In this document: one piece after another, positions 22,742 through 32,910 of the stretch
How the letters are laid out: every line of letters begins with the position of its first letter
How positions within the stretch are numbered: position 1 is the stretch's first letter
NCBI GenBank assembly: GCA_965279035.1
Contig: OZ257142.1
Span: forward strand, 2,112,001-2,176,000
DNA length: 64,000 bases
Direction: 5' to 3'
Source: Bacteroidia bacterium
Lineage (GTDB): Bacteria; Bacteroidota; Bacteroidia; M30B66
Notes under the pieces: generated by a model
The model's input: the letters and a program-made list of their open reading frames with translations, nothing else
Database searches by the model: none
What the model was told of the DNA's origin: nothing
Translations under genes and position numbers: made by a program

Positions 22742-23182
22742 ATGAAGCCGACCGAGACTGTCGATTATGTGATTAAAACAGCATGGCATGCGATACAACG
22801 TATGTATAATGCGGAGGCGGCTAAACATAACAGTACCATTGCAGTAGGTTTTGTACTATTGAATATTGATGTCCAATTTGGGACACCTGCAACTAAAATA
22901 GCACCCTTAATCGGACTTGAAACCCGAAGTTTAACACGGATGCTGAAGAATCTCGAAGAAAACGGAATTATTTATCGGAAAAGCGAGGATCGTGACAAAC
23001 GACTCGTTCGGATTTTTCTTACCGATTTGGGCAAGGAAAAACGTGAGGCTGCTCGAAATACCGTTTTAACTTTCAACCATCTTATTCATAATCGTATCTC
23101 TGAGGAAAAACTTAGTATCTTTTTCGAGGTGATGAATGAAATACTAGTATCCACCGGAAATGGTAAAAACGAAAATGCATGA
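22742..23182 (+). CDS. MarR family transcriptional regulator
   Basis: wHTH SLTRMLKNLEENGIIYR..DRDKRLVRIFLT. Confidence 0.92.
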   Translation: MKPTETVDYVIKTAWHAIQRMYNAEAAKHNSTIAVGFVLLNIDVQFGTPATKIAPLIGLETRSLTRMLKNLEENGIIYRKSEDRDKRLVRIFLTDLGKEKREAARNTVLTFNHLIHNRISEEKLSIFFEVMNEILVSTGNGKNENA

Positions 23183-25584
23183 AACGACTTATCCGTAAAG
23201 TTGCAGTTCTTGGCTCAGGTGTAATGGGCTCTCGCATTGCTTGTCACTTCGCTAATATTGGAGTAGAAGTTCTCCTTCTTGATATAGTTCCTCCTCAGCT
23301 AAACGATGCCGAAGCAGCAAAAGGGCTAACAGTGGATAATCCCGCTGTAAGAAATAGAATTGTAAATGATGCCCTAGCTTTTGCGCTTAAATCAAAACCA
23401 TCACCTGTTTATTCAGCGGATGTTGCTAAACGGATCAAAACTGGAAATTTCACCGATGATATGAAGCTTATTGCAGAATGTGATTGGGTGATTGAGGTAG
23501 TGGTGGAACGTTTAGACATCAAGAAAACTGTTTTTGATCAAGTTGAAAAGTTCCGTAAACCTGGAACACTTATTACTTCTAATACTTCAGGTATTCCAAT
23601 TGGAATGATGGCGGAAGAAAGATCAGATGATTTTAAAAAACATTTCTGTGGTACGCACTTCTTCAATCCACCACGTTATCTAAAATTATTGGAGATCATT
23701 CCAACACCATTCACAGATTCTTCCGTTGTTGATTTTCTGATGAATTATGGTGATCTCTTTCTTGGGAAAACCACCGTACTAGCGAAAGACACACCTGCAT
23801 TTATTGCCAACCGCATCGGTGTATTTGGCATTTTGGCGCTTTTTCATCTAGTGAAAGAGATGGATTTAACGGTGGAAGAAGTAGACAAACTTACCGGTCC
23901 CGTTCTTGGTCGCCCGAAATCGGCTACGTTTAGAACTACAGATGTGGTTGGTTTAGACACACTTGTGAATGTGGCAAATGGGTTAAAAGCAAATTGTCAG
24001 AACGATGAGCAAAAAGCGTTGTTCGAATTGTCCGAATATGTCCTGAAAATGAATGAGAATAAGTGGTTGGGAGATAAAACCGGACAAGGATTTTACAAGA
24101 AATCGAAAGGAGCAGGAGGGAAGTCGGAAATTTTAGCTTTGGATTTAAACACCTTAGAATATCGTCCTCAAAACAAAGTGAAATTCGCCACTTTGGAATC
24201 GACCAAAACCATTGAAAAACTCAGTGATCGCTACAAAGTATTAGTTAGTGGAAAAGATAAAGCTGGGGAGTTTTACCGCAAATCCTTCTTCCTTTTATTT
24301 GCTTACGTGTCGAATCGAATTCCTGAAATAGCTAATGAGCTTTTCCGAATCGATGAAGCTATGAAAGCTGGCTTTGGCTGGGAAGTCGGTCCATTCGAAA
24401 GCTGGGATTATATTGGAGTGGCCGATGCTGTAAAAGGCATGGAAGCAATGAATATGAAGCCAGCTCAATGGGTGTATGATTTTCTTAGCAGTGGAAATAC
24501 CAGCTTTTTCAAGATTGAAGGTGGAAAGAAATTGTATTATGATATTCCTTCAAAAACGTACCTTCCTGTTCCAGGCTATGAATCCTTTATCATATTAGAT
24601 CATATCCGCCAGGAAAAAACACTTTGGAAAAATACAGGCACGACCTTAAGTGATTTAGGTGATGGAATTCTGAATTTGGAGTTTCATACTAAAATGAACT
24701 CTATTGGAAGCGACGTCCTGATGGGAATTCAGAAAGCCATTGAAGTTGCAGAAAAGGAATATCGTGGATTAGTGATTGGAAACGATGCTCCAAATTTCTC
24801 TGCTGGAGCAAATCTAGCTATGTTGTTTATGATGGCTGTTGAACAAGAATGGGACGAACTTGATTTTTCAATTCGAGCATTCCAAAATACCATGATGCGT
24901 GTGCGTTATTCTTCTATTCCTGTTGTGACAGCTCCACATGGTTTGTCGCTCGGTGGAGGATGTGAAATAAATCTACATGCTGATAAAGTAGTTGCTGCTG
25001 CAGAAACATACATTGGATTAGTAGAGTTTGGAGTTGGACTTATCCCCGGTGGTGGCGGAACTAAAGAATTTGCCCTACGTGCCTCAGATGCTTACCGCGA
25101 CGGTGACATCCAGCTAAATGTATTGCGCGATCGATTCTTAACTATTGGTCAAGCAAAAGTTAGTACATCAGCTACTGAAGCATTTGACTTAGGAATACTT
25201 CGAAAAGGACACGACGAAATCATCCCTAATTCGCAACGTGTAATTGCTGAAGCGAAACGAGCTGCCATTGAAATAGCTGAAGCTGGATATACTCAACCCG
25301 TTCATCGTAAAGATATTCGCGTATTAGGTCGAACAGGATTAGGAATGGTATACGTAGGCGCCAATACCATGTTCAGCGGACATTATATCTCAGAACATGA
25401 CCGTAAAATCTCCGAAAAACTAGGATATGTGCTTTGTGGCGGCGATTTATCTCAACCAACCGACGTGAGCGAACAATATTTACTTGATCTCGAACGCGAA
25501 GTTTTCCTCAGCCTTTGCGGAGAACGCAAAACATTAGAACGCGTTCAGAGCATTTTAACGAGTGGGAAGGTGCTTAGGAATTGA
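23179..25584 (+). CDS. 3-hydroxyacyl-CoA dehydrogenase / enoyl-CoA hydratase (FadN/FadB-like)
   Basis: GSGVMG Rossmann motif, SNTSG, HFFNPPRY, C-terminal crotonase fold (FSAGANL, GGGCE). Confidence 0.95.
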   Translation: MKRLIRKVAVLGSGVMGSRIACHFANIGVEVLLLDIVPPQLNDAEAAKGLTVDNPAVRNRIVNDALAFALKSKPSPVYSADVAKRIKTGNFTDDMKLIAECDWVIEVVVERLDIKKTVFDQVEKFRKPGTLITSNTSGIPIGMMAEERSDDFKKHFCGTHFFNPPRYLKLLEIIPTPFTDSSVVDFLMNYGDLFLGKTTVLAKDTPAFIANRIGVFGILALFHLVKEMDLTVEEVDKLTGPVLGRPKSATFRTTDVVGLDTLVNVANGLKANCQNDEQKALFELSEYVLKMNENKWLGDKTGQGFYKKSKGAGGKSEILALDLNTLEYRPQNKVKFATLESTKTIEKLSDRYKVLVSGKDKAGEFYRKSFFLLFAYVSNRIPEIANELFRIDEAMKAGFGWEVGPFESWDYIGVADAVKGMEAMNMKPAQWVYDFLSSGNTSFFKIEGGKKLYYDIPSKTYLPVPGYESFIILDHIRQEKTLWKNTGTTLSDLGDGILNLEFHTKMNSIGSDVLMGIQKAIEVAEKEYRGLVIGNDAPNFSAGANLAMLFMMAVEQEWDELDFSIRAFQNTMMRVRYSSIPVVTAPHGLSLGGGCEINLHADKVVAAAETYIGLVEFGVGLIPGGGGTKEFALRASDAYRDGDIQLNVLRDRFLTIGQAKVSTSATEAFDLGILRKGHDEIIPNSQRVIAEAKRAAIEIAEAGYTQPVHRKDIRVLGRTGLGMVYVGANTMFSGHYISEHDRKISEKLGYVLCGGDLSQPTDVSEQYLLDLEREVFLSLCGERKTLERVQSILTSGKVLRN

Positions 25585-25589
25585 TAAAT

Positions 25590-25620
25590 AGCATTAAGTA
25601 ATAAGAATTAAGTATCAAGA
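25590..25620 (+). repeat. Degenerate 7-nt tandem array (consensus AGTATTA), left flank of the four-helix-bundle gene
   Basis: agcatta agtaata agaatta agtatca aga. Confidence 0.7.
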
Positions 25621-25632
25621 AAATAGTACAAT

Positions 25633-26031
25633 ATGCATGATGTAACGAAATTGAGAATATGGGATAAAGCCCTTGAATTGGCAGAGAAAGTTTATTCTTT
25701 GACAGCTGGATTTCCAAGAGAGGAATCTTATGGATTGTCCTCACAAATGAAACGAGCAGTAGTTTCAATAGGATCCAACATAGCTGAAGGAGCTGGTCGA
25801 AATTCAAATCGAGAGTTTTACCAATTCATTGGTATTTCGTGCGGATCTGCAAGTGAATTAAGATTTCAAATTGAACTGAGTTATCGTTGCTTATTTATTA
25901 TTTCTGATCAACGAGATGAGCTAATTAGTGATATTGACTACATACTGCGAATGAATTTTAGACTTCAATCTAGAATTCGTTCAGAAGAAAATGATCGAAA
26001 TAAGCGAAATTCCCCTAGACAAGGGTCTTAA
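25633..26031 (+). CDS. Four-helix-bundle protein (23S rRNA-IVP / TIGR02436 family, related to DGR Avd)
   Basis: LRIWDKA...FPREESYGLSSQMKRAVVSIGSNIAEGAGR.S.REF.QF...GS.SEL. Confidence 0.92.
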   Translation: MHDVTKLRIWDKALELAEKVYSLTAGFPREESYGLSSQMKRAVVSIGSNIAEGAGRNSNREFYQFIGISCGSASELRFQIELSYRCLFIISDQRDELISDIDYILRMNFRLQSRIRSEENDRNKRNSPRQGS

Positions 26032-26056
26032 TACCTAATACAAAATACTCAATACT
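26026..26056 (-). repeat. Degenerate 7-nt tandem array in inverted orientation (TAATACT on +), right flank of the four-helix-bundle gene
   Basis: tct taatacc taataca aaatact caatact; overlaps the stop codon. Confidence 0.75.
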
Positions 26057-26063
26057 GATAACA

Positions 26064-27242
26064 ATGAGTACAGCATACATAGTAGCCGGATTCCGAACAG
26101 CGGTGGCAAAGGCGCCACGGGGATTATTTCGTTTTACTCGTCCGGATGATTTGGCGGCGAGGGTGATTGAACATTTGATGCAATCGGTGCCAGAATTGGA
26201 CAAAGATCGGGTCGATGATGTGATCGTTGGAAATGCTACACCAGAGGCGGAACAAGGACTCAATATTGGTCGAATGATTTCGCTCATGGGCTTGAAAACC
26301 GATAAGGTTCCTGGCATGACGGTTAATCGTTACTGTGCATCTGGATTGGAGACGATTTCGATCGCAACAGCTAAGATTCAAACTGGAATGGCCGATTGTA
26401 TTATTGCGGGTGGAGTAGAGAGCATGTCACCTATCCCTTTTGGAGGATGGAAAATTGTTCCGAATTACGAGGTGGCTAAAAACAATCCCGACTATTATTG
26501 GGGAATGGGTTTAACTGCCGAAGCTGTAGCTCGTGAATATAATATCAGTCGTGAAGATCAGGATGCATTTTCGTTGGAATCACACCGAAGAGCTGTGGAT
26601 GCAATTAAATCGGGAAGATTTAAAGATGATATAGTTCCAGTAACAGTAGAAGAGATTTTTCTAGACAATAAAGAAAAACGTAAAACCCGCAGCTTTGTAG
26701 TTGATACAGATGAAGGTCCTCGTGCAGATTCAACTTTAGACATGTTGGCGAAATTAAAACCTGTATTTGCAGCTGATGGAGTTGTAACAGCAGGTAATTC
26801 ATCTCAAACTTCCGACGGTGCTGCATTTGTGATGGTGATGTCTGAAAAGATGGTTAACGAATTAGGTTTGAAACCAATAGCTCGTTTAGTCACTTATCAA
26901 GTAGCAGGAGTTCCACCACGCATCATGGGAATTGGACCAATTGAAGCAATTCCAAAAGCTTTGAAAGCAGCAGGAATGACATTAGATAAACTCGATTTAA
27001 TAGAATTAAACGAAGCATTCGCCTCTCAATCATTGGCTATTATTCGCATACTTGGATTAGATACCAAAAAACTGAATGTGAACGGTGGTGCCATTGCTTT
27101 AGGGCATCCATTGGGATGTTCAGGGGCCAAGCTTACCGTCCAACTTCTAAATGAGCTGAAACGTCGTGATCAGAAATACGGCATGGTTACCATGTGTGTA
27201 GGAACGGGTCAAGGTGCAGCAGGAATTTTCGAACGCTTATAA
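26064..27242 (+). CDS. fadA: Acetyl-CoA C-acyltransferase (thiolase)
   Basis: [24 protein letters not shown]. Confidence 0.93.
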   Translation: MSTAYIVAGFRTAVAKAPRGLFRFTRPDDLAARVIEHLMQSVPELDKDRVDDVIVGNATPEAEQGLNIGRMISLMGLKTDKVPGMTVNRYCASGLETISIATAKIQTGMADCIIAGGVESMSPIPFGGWKIVPNYEVAKNNPDYYWGMGLTAEAVAREYNISREDQDAFSLESHRRAVDAIKSGRFKDDIVPVTVEEIFLDNKEKRKTRSFVVDTDEGPRADSTLDMLAKLKPVFAADGVVTAGNSSQTSDGAAFVMVMSEKMVNELGLKPIARLVTYQVAGVPPRIMGIGPIEAIPKALKAAGMTLDKLDLIELNEAFASQSLAIIRILGLDTKKLNVNGGAIALGHPLGCSGAKLTVQLLNELKRRDQKYGMVTMCVGTGQGAAGIFERL

Positions 27243-27276
27243 TTTTCTTTTACCACGTATTCCAATTCACAACAAC

Positions 27277-29067
27277 ATGGAAACAAGCAATAAATCATCC
27301 TTAAAAGGCGGTGAATTTTTAATCCGCGAGAGTGAAGCAACTTCGGTTTTTATTCCAGAAGAATGGAACGAAGAACAACGCATGATTGCCCAATCGGCGC
27401 AAGATTTTTTAGATGCAGAAGTTCATCCAAATCTCGACCGAATTGATAAAATGGAACCCGGTCTGATGCATTCATTGCTAACTAAAGCCGGCGAGCTTGG
27501 ATTGATGGGCGTTTCGGTTCCAGAGGAATATGGTGGATTTGGAAAAGACTTTAATACTTCGATGCTTGTGGCAGAAGTTGCCGGAGCGGGATTTTCTTTT
27601 GCAGTAGCACTTTCGGCTCATACAGGAATTGGGACTCTTCCCATATTGTATTACGGTAATGAAGCTCAAAAACAGAAGTATATTCCCAAATTAACTACTG
27701 GAGAGTGGAAAGCTTCCTATTGTCTAACTGAGCCAGGTTCGGGTTCTGATGCAAATAGTGGAAAAACGAAAGCTAAATTGTCGGATGATGGAAAACACTA
27801 TATCATCAATGGACAAAAAATGTGGATCACCAATGGTGGCTTTGCAGATGTGTATACTGTATTTGCTAAGATTGATGATGATGAGAATTTGACTGCATTT
27901 ATTGTAGAGCGAAATTTTCCAGGCTTATCGTTGAATGAAGAAGAGAAAAAGATGGGTATTAAAGGCTCATCTACTGTTCAGGTTTTCTTTAACGATTGCA
28001 TGGTTCCGGTTGAGAATATGCTTTCGGATCGTCAGAATGGATTTAAGATAGCCGTGAACATATTGAACATTGGTCGAATTAAATTGGCTGCAGCTGCCAT
28101 TGGTGGCTGCAAACAATGCATTTCGACTGCTATAAATTATGCGAATGAGCGGGAGCAATTTGGTCGTCCGATTTCTAAATACGGAGCTATTCGTCATAAA
28201 ATGGCAGAAATGGCAATAAGAACATTTGCAAGTGAGACTGCAGTGTATCGTTTAGGACAAAATATCGATGATGCATTTGATGCTTTAGTAGCTGGCGGAA
28301 TGGAACCTGGTAAAGCTAAATTGAAAAGTGTAGAGCAATTTGCAGTTGAGTGTGCTATCATGAAGGTACATGGATCTGAAACTTTAGATTATGTAGTGGA
28401 TGAAGGAGTTCAGATATATGGTGGAATGGGTTATTCGGCCGAAGCACCTATGGATCGTGCTTATCGCGATGCTCGGATTAACCGAATTTTTGAAGGCACC
28501 AACGAAATTAACCGCATGTTGACAGTTGATATGATGCTGAAGCGTGCGATGAAAGGTGAGCTAGATTTAATGGGCCCAGCAACTGCTGTAGCTCAAGAAT
28601 TGATGGCCATTCCTGATTTTGGTGTACAAGATGATGCTCCATTTGCTGCAGAGAAGCGTACCATTGCAAACTTTAAAAAAGCAGTTTTAATGGTTGCGGG
28701 ATCTGCAGTTCAAAAGCTCATGATGACCTTAGCTAAAGAGCAAGAAATACTCATGAACATAGCAGATATGATGATTGAAGTTTATGTGGCCGAATCAATT
28801 TTGTTACGTGCCGAAAAAGTGACTTTGAATTATGGTGAAGCAGATGGTGCACTAAAGACATCAATGATGAAAGTGTATATAAATGACGCTGCAGACCGAA
28901 TTCACATTGCTGGCAAGAATGCACTGAACGCTTTTGCAGAAGGCGATGAGCAACGGATGATGTTGATGGGTTTAAGAAGATTTACAAAAGTAGCACCTTT
29001 GAATACCAAAGAATTGCGTCAACAAATAGCATTAAAACTTATTGAGGAAAATTCATATTGTTTTTAA
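27277..29067 (+). CDS. Acyl-CoA dehydrogenase (start ATG 27277)
   Basis: YCLTEPGSGSDA, NGQKMWITNG, GVQIYGGMGY, RIFEGTNEINR. Confidence 0.95.
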   Translation: METSNKSSLKGGEFLIRESEATSVFIPEEWNEEQRMIAQSAQDFLDAEVHPNLDRIDKMEPGLMHSLLTKAGELGLMGVSVPEEYGGFGKDFNTSMLVAEVAGAGFSFAVALSAHTGIGTLPILYYGNEAQKQKYIPKLTTGEWKASYCLTEPGSGSDANSGKTKAKLSDDGKHYIINGQKMWITNGGFADVYTVFAKIDDDENLTAFIVERNFPGLSLNEEEKKMGIKGSSTVQVFFNDCMVPVENMLSDRQNGFKIAVNILNIGRIKLAAAAIGGCKQCISTAINYANEREQFGRPISKYGAIRHKMAEMAIRTFASETAVYRLGQNIDDAFDALVAGGMEPGKAKLKSVEQFAVECAIMKVHGSETLDYVVDEGVQIYGGMGYSAEAPMDRAYRDARINRIFEGTNEINRMLTVDMMLKRAMKGELDLMGPATAVAQELMAIPDFGVQDDAPFAAEKRTIANFKKAVLMVAGSAVQKLMMTLAKEQEILMNIADMMIEVYVAESILLRAEKVTLNYGEADGALKTSMMKVYINDAADRIHIAGKNALNAFAEGDEQRMMLMGLRRFTKVAPLNTKELRQQIALKLIEENSYCF

Positions 29068-29214
29068 ACTCAATTCATATTGGGAAATAGGAAATGAAAC
29101 ATTTTATCAATTCAAGTGTTTGCTTATTAGTGCTTTGTAAATTAATATCAACATTTCTGAGTTGATAATCAATTGAGTCCATGTAAGTAAGTTGAATATT
29201 TTAATTTTGCATGC

Positions 29215-29342
29215 AGGATAAGAGTGACTAACGTTGCTCAGGTTTATCCTAGTCATCGAAAGATGATTGAAAACAAAAAAAAGTTAAGGTTAGGTTAATT
29301 TTTTTGTTTTGCCGGTCTCGCTTGCGGGACCGGATTTTTTTT
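29215..29342 (+). ncRNA. Candidate intergenic small RNA (four hairpins, with its own promoter and terminator)
   Basis: TAATTTTG -7 box at 29202-29209; hairpins at 29215-29250, 29251-29268 (GAAA loop), 29270-29310 (GGTTAGG loop) and 29312-29333 plus a T8 tract; no ORF. Confidence 0.6.
29312..29342 (+). terminator. Rho-independent terminator
   Basis: CCGGTCTCG-CTTG-CGGGACCGG then ATTTTTTTT. Confidence 0.85.
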
Positions 29343-29356
29343 GACCAATTAGTAAA

Positions 29357-30496
29357 TCAAAAGTGATTGAGAAAATCGATTTCCTTTTGAATGCAATTCC
29401 AAAGAAAATGGGATGTTTTATCCCAAGAGAATTCATTTATTCTTTTATTTCCTTTTTCGATTAACATTTTTTGTAAATCGGGTGATTGATTTAACTCAAT
29501 CATTTTCATAGTAATGTCATCCACATCAAATGGATTGGCTAATAAAGCTGCTTTCCCAGCCACTTCAGGCATAGAAGTGACATTGGATGTAATAACTGGA
29601 ATTCCAGCTGAGAAAGCTTCTAAAATGGGAATTCCGAATCCTTCAAAAGTGGGTACAAACGTTAAGGCTTTGGCTGCTGAAAGAACTTTATGTAATTCTT
29701 CTGGTTGTAGTCGTCCAGCAAATAGAATTTCGTTTTTAAATTGAAGATTTTGAAACACATTTTCATGTTCCTGATCCCACCATTTTTTTTCTCCAACAAC
29801 TAGTAATTGAACATCTGATTTAGATTTTTCTTTAAAGCGATCAAATGCTTGCATCAAACGAATCAGGTTTTTTCTAGGAATGATTAATCCAACGAATAGA
29901 AAATATGATTTTCCATTTGTGAAATGTGTTCGAGTTTGTTCGTTGATTTCATCTCCTAATGGCTGATATCGTGTATTGTAGCCATTCAAAGTCACATCAA
30001 TTTTGTTTGGAGCAATGCCATAACTTTTTATGATGTCTTGTTTGGTGTATTCCGAAACGGTGGCTATTCGAGCTGCTTTTGCTGCATATCGTGGAAAGAA
30101 AGTATTGTAATACCAACGAACTATGAGCGGAAGTTGTTCCGGATGATGATGGAAATTTAAATCATGTATTACAGCAATCTGAGGAACTTGGGTTCGCAAT
30201 GATAATGTCCCATCAGGACTCAAAAATAAATCGACTTGGTGTTTTTTCAACAAGCGTGGAATTTGCCATTCAAACCAAGGGAAGAATAGGAAAATATGAC
30301 GTGTTGGCGGTCCTGCATATATTGCTTGAACATTCGGAGCAAAAACAAATTCCTCACTAAATGGGCGATCGAATATAAAAAGAAACTCGTGTTCGGGATG
30401 CGCAAGCGTGATACGACGTAGTATTTCGAAAGTAAACCAACCGATTCCTTCGAGTTTTCCCGACTGCAGCAAACGAGTATTAACAGCTATACGCAC
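29357..30496 (-). CDS. Glycosyltransferase family 4 (GT-B)
   Basis: IHDL, TVSEYTK, RKNL, FEGFGIPILEAF, SMPEVAG. Confidence 0.93.
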   Translation of the reverse strand: MRIAVNTRLLQSGKLEGIGWFTFEILRRITLAHPEHEFLFIFDRPFSEEFVFAPNVQAIYAGPPTRHIFLFFPWFEWQIPRLLKKHQVDLFLSPDGTLSLRTQVPQIAVIHDLNFHHHPEQLPLIVRWYYNTFFPRYAAKAARIATVSEYTKQDIIKSYGIAPNKIDVTLNGYNTRYQPLGDEINEQTRTHFTNGKSYFLFVGLIIPRKNLIRLMQAFDRFKEKSKSDVQLLVVGEKKWWDQEHENVFQNLQFKNEILFAGRLQPEELHKVLSAAKALTFVPTFEGFGIPILEAFSAGIPVITSNVTSMPEVAGKAALLANPFDVDDITMKMIELNQSPDLQKMLIEKGNKRINEFSWDKTSHFLWNCIQKEIDFLNHF

Positions 30497-30501
30497 AATA
30501 T

Positions 30502-31200
30502 TTAGCGAAGTACAAATTGAATCCCAGCCTGAATTCGAGGTAATTCAGCCATTTTCAAAGAAGGATAAAACATATCTGATAAACGATATTGACCGTAAAT
30601 GACTAGTTTCTTAAATCCAATGCGAGCAAGTAAACCATAATTAAAATGTTGAAAATAATCGAGTTGTGTTCTACGTGCTCGTACGATTGAACCATCTGGC
30701 AGACTGTATTTTGTATACTGAACATGTGACATAACATATTCTCCATAAGCACCCAAATCGAGGTAGTTTCCTAAAGTATTTCCTCTTTTTCCAAAGTTTA
30801 TGCGCACATATGCTCCAACCTGAGCATTGTAAAATATCATTCTCTGCTTTTTGTATTGAACGGTGTCAGGAAGTGTTTTTGACGCATTTTGTTTGAGTGA
30901 AAAATCGTTTACGTTGTACGAAATATCTAAACCTACAGCAATGTGTTCAGCTAAACGATTTTTGTAACGATATCCAAAGCTAAACTGATCAAGATGAGGT
31001 TGCTTAACAGTTGCTCCAGCACTTCCCGGATCGATACACATTCCAAAACTCATAAACGGATGCCAATAGTTTTTAAGGTTAGGACCTGATTTAGCTTCTG
31101 ATGTATCAACAGCCGGATTCATTTTTAAAACAATTTCTTGAGCAATTAATATATTCAAATTGCATAGAATGAAAACTATAGTATTGAGGGTTTTATTCAT
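30502..31200 (-). CDS. Outer-membrane beta-barrel protein (start likely ATG 31200, directly after the S8 gene)
   Basis: Signal peptide MNKTLNTIVFILCNLNILIAQ; alternating beta-strand pattern ending IQAGIQFVLR. Confidence 0.65.
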   Translation of the reverse strand: MNKTLNTIVFILCNLNILIAQEIVLKMNPAVDTSEAKSGPNLKNYWHPFMSFGMCIDPGSAGATVKQPHLDQFSFGYRYKNRLAEHIAVGLDISYNVNDFSLKQNASKTLPDTVQYKKQRMIFYNAQVGAYVRINFGKRGNTLGNYLDLGAYGEYVMSHVQYTKYSLPDGSIVRARRTQLDYFQHFNYGLLARIGFKKLVIYGQYRLSDMFYPSLKMAELPRIQAGIQFVLR

Positions 31201-31201
31201 T

Positions 31202-32833
31202 TTAAAATTGGATTTCAGACATATAACCTTGAAAAGAAACACGAAGCTTTTTTCCAGATGGATATGCTTTAATTGTGAATTGAACTGGGATTCTCTCATT
31301 AACTTTAATGACTGTATATTCATCCAGTCCACCTGTTGCATTTACAATGCAATAATACATGAGATAGTCAAGTCCTTCAGAATTAACTCCTATATATTTC
31401 TCATCGACTTCAATTTGAATAAACTCATTTAGTTCTCCTGATTCATCTGTAAGACTTGCTTTTTTAGTTTGAAAAGTAGGATTAATTATTTTTTCATCTA
31501 AAAATCGATTGGCAGATAATACACCATATCCATGAGCATAATCAAAATAGGGGTATAGGCTGGCACATTTTTGCAATTCGTCGAAAAGCTGCATGTTACT
31601 AAGTGAACGTTTTGCTTGCCAAGCACATGCAGCAAAACCGGCTGCAAGCGGACTTGCGAAAGAAGTTCCATCGGCATTACTTTCCCCATTTTCTTTCGCA
31701 CAAAATGCACGGCCTTGAGCGCAAACATTAGGTTTTAGACGCATATCGCGTGTTGGTCCATATGAACTAAACGAGATATGATAATCGCAACAAGGTTCAA
31801 TACCTCCAATGGTTAAAACAGAATCGGCATCAGCAGGAGCAGCAATAATTCTCCAGTTGCTATCGCCTTCGTTTCCTGCTGCGTTAACCACTAGCATTCC
31901 TTTCTTAGCTGCAAGGTTAGCACCTCGAGTGATGAAGGTAGTTTTACCATCCATTTGACGAGGGAAATAGCGAGAATCTGTATATCCTAAGGAACTGTTA
32001 ATGATGTCTGCACCATTCTTATCAGCCCATTCTGCAGCTGCAACCCAATATTCTTCTTCGGCAAAAGGCTCTTTGCTTCCAATTTCTGTACGAGCTAATA
32101 GGAAATCTGCATCTGTTGCTAAACCCGACCAACGACCATTGAGCTTTCCTGCGATGCATGACCAAACCGCTGTTCCATGCCAACCACCTTTCCAAACGTT
32201 TTCTTCATTTTTAACAAAATCCCAGGTTTTAAGAATTCCATTTCTACTTCGGATGTGTTGAAATGCTGTGTGTTTATCAGCACCAGAAAAGCCAACATCA
32301 AATATTGCTATCCTTATTCCTTTTCCTGTAAGCCCTTTTTCGATAAACAAATCGGCTCCCATCCTTTTTGTTTGAGAATCTAATATCTCATCATTAGTTT
32401 CTTTGTATAATTCTAAGTTTTTCTCAAACTCATTAAAATCTGCTATTTGAATTTTTAAAGGATTGGCCTGTTCTATAGAATCAACAAAAGCAAATTTTTT
32501 AATTATTGATATTTGACTATCATTTGCTAAAATTATTGCAGCATTAAACCATCGTGAATGAGTTTTTAGTTTAATACAATTCTTTTGAACTTCTGATAAA
32601 TACTCATTGCAAACGGGTAAATCATACCAATCATAAATTGGAAGATGGTTTCTTTTTCTTCTGGCTATTGTATTTTCATCAAAATAGTGAATCGGATCAA
32701 AAACTGTATCAGGTTTGTTTTTGAAGAAAACCCAATATTTATTCACATCTTGAGAAAAGCCTTTTATAGGAATAATTTGAAAAACAAAAATTCCTAAAAC
32801 GAAAGTCAATTTTTTAATTGAGTTGTATTTCAT
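31202..32833 (-). CDS. Secreted S8 (subtilisin-like) serine peptidase
   Basis: Catalytic triad IFDVGF / WHGTAV / GTSFASP, oxyanion AAGNEG, signal peptide. Confidence 0.93.
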   Translation of the reverse strand: MKYNSIKKLTFVLGIFVFQIIPIKGFSQDVNKYWVFFKNKPDTVFDPIHYFDENTIARRKRNHLPIYDWYDLPVCNEYLSEVQKNCIKLKTHSRWFNAAIILANDSQISIIKKFAFVDSIEQANPLKIQIADFNEFEKNLELYKETNDEILDSQTKRMGADLFIEKGLTGKGIRIAIFDVGFSGADKHTAFQHIRSRNGILKTWDFVKNEENVWKGGWHGTAVWSCIAGKLNGRWSGLATDADFLLARTEIGSKEPFAEEEYWVAAAEWADKNGADIINSSLGYTDSRYFPRQMDGKTTFITRGANLAAKKGMLVVNAAGNEGDSNWRIIAAPADADSVLTIGGIEPCCDYHISFSSYGPTRDMRLKPNVCAQGRAFCAKENGESNADGTSFASPLAAGFAACAWQAKRSLSNMQLFDELQKCASLYPYFDYAHGYGVLSANRFLDEKIINPTFQTKKASLTDESGELNEFIQIEVDEKYIGVNSEGLDYLMYYCIVNATGGLDEYTVIKVNERIPVQFTIKAYPSGKKLRVSFQGYMSEIQF

Positions 32834-32910
32834 TTAGTTTGATTTTACTACAATTTATGAGAATTCAAATCATGTAATTTTAAATGATTATGAATCAAGT
32901 AATGAGCATT

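Noticed and set aside
21831-26031. Possible diversity-generating retroelement (FGE-sulfatase/CLec target gene near an Avd-like gene)
   Set aside because: There is no reverse transcriptase in the window, and I found no second, adenine-variant copy (template repeat) of the FGE gene 3' end. A remote DGR elsewhere in the genome cannot be excluded.
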